Positions 1-4,962 of a stretch of DNA of 7,005 nt are shown in pieces; positions within the stretch are counted from its first letter, which is position 1, and every line of letters begins with the position of its first letter. The position numbers and the translations under genes are program-made. The DNA is taken from positions 1 to 7,005 of the IMG/VR virus record IMGVR_UViG_3300045988_027194, one strand, 5' to 3'. This DNA comes from a virus. The notes beneath the pieces are model-generated. The model saw only the letters and a program-made list of their open reading frames with translations, made no database searches and was not told where the DNA came from.

Positions 1-55
1 CTTATATTGGTTATTTGGATTTGATTAAGGTTATTGATGCGCAACTTTCTGCTTG
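1..55. repeat. Terminal redundancy copy 1 (identical to 6951-7005); circular-assembly overlap
   Basis: The 55 nt cttatattggttatttggatttgattaaggttattgatgcgcaactttctgcttg occur at both window ends. A 55-nt overlap is what a k-mer-55 assembler would leave on a circular contig. Confidence 0.9.
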
Positions 56-1718
56 TTTGGATACTATTTATGCACATTTTCATAGTGTTTTAAGTACTAT
101 TTTGCCAAATGATGCGCTTAATATTTCTTATCAGGGTTATATGAATGTTCTTTCAACTTCTCATTTATCCCGAAATGATTCTTTTCGTTATAGCTCATTT
201 TGTAAGTTGCTTAATTATCTTGGTTATGGTAATTTTCCGCTTATGCATTATGATATTATTTCAAATTGGCAATCTTATGTTAAGTCTCTTAGTGATTTTA
301 AAACTGCTTCTGTTGCTGGTTTTAAAAAATCTTCTTATGCATGGTTTGTTTCTTTGACGCATACACATACACCTAACCTTTCAATTTTGCCTTTATTGGC
401 TTATCATAAGGTTATAAATGACCATTACAGATATAAACAGTGGCAGCCTTTCGAGCCTTGGACATGTAACATCGATTATATTACACCAAGTTCTAACATG
501 AATTTTGCTTCACGTTTTACTAATTGGAATTTTGATTCTAATACGTGTATTTTTGATTTGGAATACAGTAATTTGCCACTTGATTATTTTAATGGTGTTT
601 TACCCCGTGCTCAATATGGTGACGAATCTGCTGCGGTTGTTAACAATCCTTTACTTACTGGTTCTACCGTAATTTCTGGTTCTACTGGTGTACCTCGTTA
701 TGGTGGCAGTTCTACTTCTGCTGTTTATTCTGATGGTGGTTCTTCTGCTACTAATGTAGCTTTGCGTACTGATTCTACTGGTCGTGTAGCTGCTGATGGT
801 TCATCTGCTAATCCTTTAACTTTACATGATTCGCATTCTCATTCTATTCTAAACCTTCATGGTTCTGTTTCTGTTCCAACTTCAGAAAGTAGTTTGCGCA
901 TTTCTGCTTTGCGTTCTGCTATTGCTTTACAAAAGTATAAGGAGGTTCAAAATAGTAACGATTCTGACTTTGCTGCTCAGGTTCTTGCACATTTTGGTGT
1001 TAAGCCTAAAAACGATGATCGTACATCTTTATTTATTGGTGGTTCTGATTCTATTATTGATATTAACCCACAAGTAAACCAAAATTTAACAGGTGATAAT
1101 CAGGCTGAAATTAAAGCTATTGCCACTGGTGATTTGTCTGCTGGTTGTAAATTTACTGCTGAAACTTATGGAATTGTTATTGGTTTGTATCGTTGTGTTC
1201 CTCAACTTGATATAGCCCATTGCGGTATTGATAGACAACTTTTAAAAACTGATGCGTCCGATTTTGTTATTCCTGAATTGGATTCTATTGGTATGCAGAC
1301 ACAGTATAAGTTTGAATTGTTTGCCCCTCCCGTTGGTAAGTTTGCTGATGATTTCTTATTTGAAAATATTGGTACTGATAATTCCGTTGATATGTCATCT
1401 ACTTATGGTTATGCACCTCGTTATTGTGAGTATAAAACAAGTTTTGACCGTGTGGACGGTGCTTTCAATTCTGTTTTGTCTTCTTGGGTTGTTGGTTATA
1501 ATTCTCTTTACCTTCATCGTTGGCTTACTCCTAATAATGGTTTTTGGTCTCCTATTGACTTTAATCGTTTGTTGGTTTGTACTCCTTCTATTTGTTATCC
1601 GATTTTTCAGGAACAAATTTCAGGTTGTGTTGCCAACGATAAAATTTTTGTTGGTAGTGTGAATACTTGTGTTGCAGTTCGTAATCTTTCGGTTCACGGT
1701 TTACCTTATACTAAGTAA
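1..1718 (+). CDS. Major capsid protein VP1, remaining about 571 codons (5'-partial in this linearisation; same gene as 6584-7005)
   Basis: The frame is open from base 3 to TAA at 1716-1718. The TTG start at 15 in the ORF track is an artefact of the permutation. The joined gene is 2085 nt, about 694 aa. It shows strong T3 codon bias and the same family-typical sequence as the N-terminal part. Confidence 0.93.
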   Translation, partial: YIGYLDLIKVIDAQLSACLDTIYAHFHSVLSTILPNDALNISYQGYMNVLSTSHLSRNDSFRYSSFCKLLNYLGYGNFPLMHYDIISNWQSYVKSLSDFKTASVAGFKKSSYAWFVSLTHTHTPNLSILPLLAYHKVINDHYRYKQWQPFEPWTCNIDYITPSSNMNFASRFTNWNFDSNTCIFDLEYSNLPLDYFNGVLPRAQYGDESAAVVNNPLLTGSTVISGSTGVPRYGGSSTSAVYSDGGSSATNVALRTDSTGRVAADGSSANPLTLHDSHSHSILNLHGSVSVPTSESSLRISALRSAIALQKYKEVQNSNDSDFAAQVLAHFGVKPKNDDRTSLFIGGSDSIIDINPQVNQNLTGDNQAEIKAIATGDLSAGCKFTAETYGIVIGLYRCVPQLDIAHCGIDRQLLKTDASDFVIPELDSIGMQTQYKFELFAPPVGKFADDFLFENIGTDNSVDMSSTYGYAPRYCEYKTSFDRVDGAFNSVLSSWVVGYNSLYLHRWLTPNNGFWSPIDFNRLLVCTPSICYPIFQEQISGCVANDKIFVGSVNTCVAVRNLSVHGLPYTK

Positions 1719-1747
1719 TTTTTACTGTTTTTATTAATTTGATTTTT

Positions 1748-2206
1748 ATGAAACAAATTGTATATTGTCCTCCACCATTTGAGGATATTCAAAATGAAAC
1801 TACTCTTTTTTCTGATTCTGTAGATGAGAATGGAAATAAGATTCCTTTGGCAGTTTCTTTTCATTCGGATTTGTCTTTGTTGATGAATATCGATAAGGCT
1901 CATTTAACTAAACGCCAATTAGAAGTCATTGAAGATGCTCTTAAACCTTGTCTTTCTTCTGATGTTCTTTCTCAGTTTGAAGATAAGTTTGGTACTGTTT
2001 CTGATGATGAGTTGCTTTCTTCTTGTCCGTCTCGTTATATTTCTACTCAGTCTGAAAAAATGCAGTATTTGAAAGACCTTGCTGTTAAAGATATTCAGGC
2101 TAAGAAAGATTTTGCTGCTAAGGCTAAGGAACAGGAAGAAAAAGATGAATATGAGCGTCAAGAGAAAGAATTAAGACAAAAATTTCTTACTCTTTTTGGT
2201 GAATAA
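1748..2206 (+). CDS. Small acidic protein (152 aa), putative internal scaffolding protein (VP3-like)
   Basis: The ATG at 1748 (context tttttATG) is preferred over the TTG at 1739. The ORF has strong T3 codon bias and an acidic, K/E-rich C-terminal helix (KEQEEKDEYERQEKELRQK). The segment SDDELLSSCPSRYISTQSE resembles, from memory, a motif seen in gokushovirus VP3 scaffold proteins. The functional call is tentative. Confidence 0.55.
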   Translation: MKQIVYCPPPFEDIQNETTLFSDSVDENGNKIPLAVSFHSDLSLLMNIDKAHLTKRQLEVIEDALKPCLSSDVLSQFEDKFGTVSDDELLSSCPSRYISTQSEKMQYLKDLAVKDIQAKKDFAAKAKEQEEKDEYERQEKELRQKFLTLFGE

Positions 2207-2212
2207 TTATTC

Positions 2213-2276
2213 GTGTTTTGCTTTGTGAGCTCTTTGTAATTCCGTATTTTTATATGTGTTTTGCTTAGAGCTCTTT
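2213..2276 (+). repeat. Two copies of an about 22-nt direct repeat (2213-2235 and 2256-2276) in the VP3-like/VP2 intergenic spacer
   Basis: The copies are gtgttttgctttgtgagctcttt and gtgttttgcttagagctcttt. They are identical except for tgt versus a in the middle. Each contains the gagctc palindrome. Confidence 0.8.
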
Positions 2277-2302
2277 TTTATAAATTTGTTTATTTATTAA
2301 TT

Positions 2303-3643
2303 ATGAGTGCTTTAAAAAATATGGCTTCGGGTGCTGCTGCTGGTAGTGCTGGTGGTGTTTGGGGTGCTGCTATTGGTGCTGGTGCTGGACTTCTTGGTTC
2401 TTTTCTTGGTGCTGGTTCGCAAAGTGCTACTAATAAAGCTAATTTACAAATAATGCGTGAACAAAACGCATTTAATGCCCATCAGGCAGAATTGCAACGT
2501 TCTTGGCAACAACAAATGCTGAATAAGTATGGTACTGCTTCTGCTCAGGCTGCCCAATATCGTGCTGCTGGCTTAAATCCTCAATTGGCAAATGTTTCTC
2601 CTCAAGCTGTTGGCACTGGTGCTACTGCTCAGGCTGGTGAATCTATTCCACAACAACCTTTGAATTATTCTGGTATTGGTTCTGCCGTTCAAAATGGTCT
2701 TCAGTATTATCAGCAACAACAAAGTATTGATAATCAAAAAGTTGTTCAATATTCAGTTGCAGCCCTTAATGAGACTCAAGGGGCTTTGAATAAGGCTTTA
2801 GAATTACAATCATATCAAAAAGTTGAAGAGAGTAAACAGACTGTTGCCAATTTAAAACTTGCTTATGATTTTAGCGCTAAAACTCTTGCAACACGTGTTC
2901 GTCAACAGTATTTGCAAGAGGATTTGTTAACATGGCAACAAAATGATATGAAATTTGGTTCTATTACTAAGATGTATGATTTGTTCAATATTAAGCCTGA
3001 AATTGTGCAAAATTTACAATCTTCTACTTTCTTTAATTTTGCGTCTGCTTTTCGTGCAGTTGCTGAAGGTAAAATGACTTTGAAAGAGATCCAATATCTA
3101 CCCAAGAAATATGCTATTATGAATACTATGGCTCTTGGTTCTTATCTTAGTGGTAAAGGTTCTTTACTTGGTGGTTTTGCATCTGTTCATAACGCTAATA
3201 CTTTAGATAGAAATACAAAACCACAGTGGCAATTAGATAATTTTACTACCGATTATTTATTAGGTAAGAAAGGTGATGAAGACGCTTTGAAATATATTAG
3301 AGGTGATGTTCGCTTAAAACATTTGTTAGACATTAATATTGCTAATAATGAGTGGTCTTTGAATAAACTTATGGAAGAGCCTTCTTTAATTCGTAATTTA
3401 GGTCGTAAGTATGCTCAAGAGGGTGCTCTACTTGAAAAAGATAACCAATCTTATTGGACTGATAAAAATATAGACCGTGGTATGAAGTTTGTTGATGCTG
3501 CTACTAAAGCTGTTGATACTTACACTGGTCTTAAGTATGTTAATAAACCAGTCAAGGAAAAGCATAACTATAAATATGATTGGAAAAATGGTAGATGGGA
3601 CCATGAAATTTCGGTTGAAACTACTCGCAGTTCTAAAAAATAA
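2303..3643 (+). CDS. DNA pilot / minor capsid protein VP2 (H-like), 446 aa
   Basis: The ATG at 2303 is preferred over the TTG at 2261. The N-terminus is Gly/Ala-rich and hydrophobic (MSALKNMASGAAAGSAGGVWGAAIGAGAGLLGSFLGAGS). It is followed by a Q/N-rich helical region containing AAGLNPQLA, the pattern typical of Microviridae VP2/pilot proteins. Size and position fit that call. Confidence 0.82.
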   Translation: MSALKNMASGAAAGSAGGVWGAAIGAGAGLLGSFLGAGSQSATNKANLQIMREQNAFNAHQAELQRSWQQQMLNKYGTASAQAAQYRAAGLNPQLANVSPQAVGTGATAQAGESIPQQPLNYSGIGSAVQNGLQYYQQQQSIDNQKVVQYSVAALNETQGALNKALELQSYQKVEESKQTVANLKLAYDFSAKTLATRVRQQYLQEDLLTWQQNDMKFGSITKMYDLFNIKPEIVQNLQSSTFFNFASAFRAVAEGKMTLKEIQYLPKKYAIMNTMALGSYLSGKGSLLGGFASVHNANTLDRNTKPQWQLDNFTTDYLLGKKGDEDALKYIRGDVRLKHLLDINIANNEWSLNKLMEEPSLIRNLGRKYAQEGALLEKDNQSYWTDKNIDRGMKFVDAATKAVDTYTGLKYVNKPVKEKHNYKYDWKNGRWDHEISVETTRSSKK

Positions 3644-3647
3644 ATTG

Positions 3648-3686
3648 ATAGGTCAACATATATGTATTATATATATGTTGACCTAT
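3648..3686 (+). terminator. Perfect 16-bp stem / 7-nt loop hairpin starting 5 nt after the VP2 stop; candidate transcription terminator
   Basis: ataggtcaacatatat (3648-3663) pairs perfectly with atatatgttgacctat (3671-3686). A T-run (ctttttattt) follows only about 15 nt downstream, so this is not a textbook intrinsic terminator. Confidence 0.45.
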
Positions 3687-3791
3687 ATATTATATATGTT
3701 CTTTTTATTTCTTCTATGTTCCAACAAATACTTATCTACTAAAAAACGAATGCACCAAAGCACTAAACGAATAAAATACTAATAATAAATG

Positions 3792-3853
3792 ATGTTTAAT
3801 ATAAAGTCTATATAAGTATTTTTCTTATAAATAAAAGACTTTTTATTAAACAT
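3792..3853. other. Long AT-rich imperfect hairpin (18-bp outer stem with 1 mismatch, plus an inner 6-bp stem)
   Basis: atgtttaatataaagtct (3792-3809) pairs with agactttttattaaacat (3836-3853) at 17/18 positions. The inner stem is tataag (3811-3816) with cttata (3824-3829). The hairpin is followed by tttgtattggtttg. Confidence 0.6.
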
Positions 3854-3968
3854 TTTGTATTGGTTTGTCTAATAGAAAAAACCTTTTAGGAAAAGTTGTT
3901 TCATTTATATTTCATTCCTCTTGTTAACTTCCTCTTTGAGAAGTCTCGCCCCTCTTGATAAGGTTGAG

Positions 3969-4001
3969 CGCAAGTGCGATATCGTAATTTCAACACTTGC
4001 G
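3969..4001. other. GC-rich stem-loop (8-bp stem, 17-nt loop) with a nested cgatatcg palindrome; candidate ssDNA origin or recognition hairpin
   Basis: cgcaagtg (3969-3976) pairs with cacttgcg (3994-4001). The loop cgatatcgtaatttcaa contains the 8-bp palindrome cgatatcg (3977-3984). This is the most GC-rich structure in the non-coding region. Confidence 0.55.
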
Positions 4002-4029
4002 TACATTGCTATTTTACTGTTGTAAATTG

Positions 4030-4041
4030 TTTCACGTGAAA
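4030..4041. repeat. Perfect 12-bp palindrome tttcacgtgaaa (CACGTG core); possible protein-binding site
   Basis: The sequence is self-complementary on direct reading. A second 10-bp palindrome, caaatatttg, lies at 4069-4078. Confidence 0.7.
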
Positions 4042-4076
4042 ACAAATGTTAAAACCACAATTTGTTAGCAAATATT

Positions 4077-4104
4077 TGTTAACATAATGTTGCTTATATG
4101 CAGA
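4077..4104 (-). other. dif-like 11-6-11 motif (candidate XerC/XerD target, putative attP)
   Basis: The minus strand reads TCTGCATATAA-GCAACA-TTATGTTAACA. E. coli dif is GGTGCGCATAA-TGTATA-TTATGTTAAAT. The XerD-side arm matches 9/11 (TTATGTTAA exact) and the XerC-side arm 7/11. The motif lies in the only large non-coding region of a genome that encodes no integrase. Confidence 0.4.
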
Positions 4105-4111
4105 TTTTGCT

Positions 4112-4119
4112 TATTTTTG
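4112..4119 (+). promoter_or_regulatory. Bacteroidota-type -7 promoter box TAnnTTTG
   Basis: tatttttg matches TAnnTTTG exactly, 59 nt upstream of the first ATG of the gene string (4178). Only a weak -33-like element (gTTG, 4089-4092) is present at suitable spacing. Confidence 0.35.
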
Positions 4120-4177
4120 CCATCGAAACCAAGCAGATAACTAAGTTTGCCGTTTCTTACTTTTTAATTTTTCTTTT

Positions 4178-4360
4178 ATGTTGAATTTTAAATTGTCTTA
4201 TGCTGATTACTCTTTATTAATTCAGTGTTTGTTGTCTCGTATGGATACTTTATCGGCTTTAATGCGTTCTGTTGCTGATTCTAATCCTAATCTTTATAAA
4301 TTTTATTGTGATGAGTTTGAGGCTGTTCATGCTCTTTATGTTAATGCCCGTAACATTTAA
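4178..4360 (+). CDS. Hypothetical small protein, 60 aa (predicted helical)
   Basis: The ATG is in ttttATG context, and T3 codon bias is as strong as in the structural genes. This is the first ORF after the non-coding region. I recognise no family. Confidence 0.65.
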   Translation: MLNFKLSYADYSLLIQCLLSRMDTLSALMRSVADSNPNLYKFYCDEFEAVHALYVNARNI

Positions 4361-4371
4361 TTTTTTATCTT

Positions 4372-4581
4372 ATGAACAAAGAAATAATTAAAATTATTAT
4401 TAAGGTCGTTATTTATGCTTTAGGACTTATAGCGACATATCTCGGTATTTCTTCGCTTACTTCCTGCTCCTCTTCTCATAATGTAGAGTCTTCTGGAGTT
4501 ACACGTATTTATGTTACCGATACTACTTTTGTCAAACATAACGGTTTCATTCGTTCTAAAAATTATTTGCCTTATGATTAA
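4372..4581 (+). CDS. Predicted small lipoprotein, 69 aa (38-aa mature peptide)
   Basis: The ORF has a basic n-region (K3, K7, K11) and a hydrophobic h-region (VVIYALGLIATYLGI). The lipobox L-T-S-C places Cys32 at 4465-4467, followed by a Ser-rich linker (CSSSHNVESSG). Its stop overlaps the next start (ATGATTAA). Confidence 0.62.
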   Translation: MNKEIIKIIIKVVIYALGLIATYLGISSLTSCSSSHNVESSGVTRIYVTDTTFVKHNGFIRSKNYLPYD

Positions 4582-4756
4582 ATTTTATGGTTTTGTCTAT
4601 TATGTTTCTATAGGTGATACATGTTATGTTGTTAAGGTTAATCATCTTGACGAATTTATGTCACTTATGCATGGTTGCGGCTCTGTTATTATTTCAGATT
4701 TTGTTAAATCTCAGGTTTGTTTTGATTATGTCTACCAGTGGTACAAGAAAATCTAA
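4574..4756 (+). CDS. Hypothetical small protein, 60 aa
   Basis: This is an in-frame ATG within track ORF 4511..4756. Starting at 4574 gives an ATGATTAA start/stop overlap with the lipoprotein gene, instead of a 71-nt overlap. T3 bias is moderate. I recognise no family. Confidence 0.5.
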   Translation: MIKFYGFVYYVSIGDTCYVVKVNHLDEFMSLMHGCGSVIISDFVKSQVCFDYVYQWYKKI

Positions 4757-4958
4757 TTTTGAACGACCTACATATAATATGTATGTGGCTACTTTGACAA
4801 CTCTTCGGGATTTGTCACGTTGTTCTGCTGCCAAAACTGGTATGTGTCCTACTGTATTGCTTGAGATGCGCCGATATATTGAATTAAATTTCAAATTAGA
4901 TTTTCCTTTTCAGGCAGATTCTTTTATTAATTTAATGTATAATACGTTTGCAGATTAG
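4728..4958 (+). CDS. Hypothetical small protein, 76 aa (59 aa if started at ATG 4779)
   Basis: This is the downstream part of track ORF 4614..4958. The N-terminus is basic (MSTSGTRKSNFERP). The ORF ends 4 nt before the VP4 ATG. The start is uncertain: 4728 overlaps the previous ORF by 29 nt, whereas 4779 does not. Confidence 0.5.
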   Translation: MSTSGTRKSNFERPTYNMYVATLTTLRDLSRCSAAKTGMCPTVLLEMRRYIELNFKLDFPFQADSFINLMYNTFAD

Positions 4959-4962
4959 TTTT

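Noticed and set aside
1-55. The 55-nt terminal direct repeat as a biological terminal repeat, LTR or att duplication
   Set aside because: It lies inside the capsid coding sequence and joins the two halves in frame. Microviridae genomes are circular, and the length is what a k-mer-55 assembly overlap would leave.
145-1662. Hydrophobic ORFs embedded in VP1 in the +1 frame (145..357, 859..1077, 1252..1662), which look like membrane or lysis proteins similar to phiX174 E
   Set aside because: With T or C at almost every third codon position, the +1 frame reads NTN/NCN codons. These cannot be stop codons, and NTN codons encode F/L/I/M/V. Long, open, Leu/Ile/Val/Phe-rich ORFs are therefore an expected by-product. 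The phiX174 E precedent means an overlapping lysis gene cannot be excluded. There is no start context or other evidence here. It would need conservation and synonymous-constraint analysis.
3489-3782. 97-aa + strand ORF spanning the VP2 3' end and the first part of the non-coding region, including a 28-aa sub-ORF from ATG 3696 (MFFLFLLCSNKYLSTKKRMHQSTKRIKY)
   Set aside because: The first half is a +1-frame artefact inside VP2, and the ORF runs straight through the 16-bp hairpin. The 28-aa peptide (hydrophobic N-terminus, basic C-terminus) is intriguing as a mini membrane peptide. It is too short to support without conservation or expression data.
3905-4006. 33-aa minus-strand ORF (MYASVEITISHLRSTLSRGARLLKEEVNKRNEI) in the non-coding region, followed on that strand by the 3853-3792 hairpin
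   Set aside because: Microviridae genomes are transcribed from one strand only. The ORF is short, has no recognisable promoter box upstream on the minus strand, and overlaps the GC-rich stem-loop, which by itself explains the local sequence.
1395-4894. Minus-strand ORFs from the track (1395..1616, 1706..1903, 1919..2161, 2902..3105, 4694..4894)
   Set aside because: All are antisense to well-supported + strand genes. They are 65-80 aa and rich in K/R/N/I, as expected from the complement of T-rich codons. None has a known family signature.
15-4950. TTG start codons used by the ORF track at 15, 1739, 2261 and 4948, and the ATG at 4511
   Set aside because: Position 15 is internal to the wrapped capsid gene. 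For the others, an ATG lies a few codons downstream (1748, 2303, 4963) in the TTTT-ATG context shared by all genes. The ATG at 4574 gives a compact ATGATTAA coupling instead of a 71-nt overlap.
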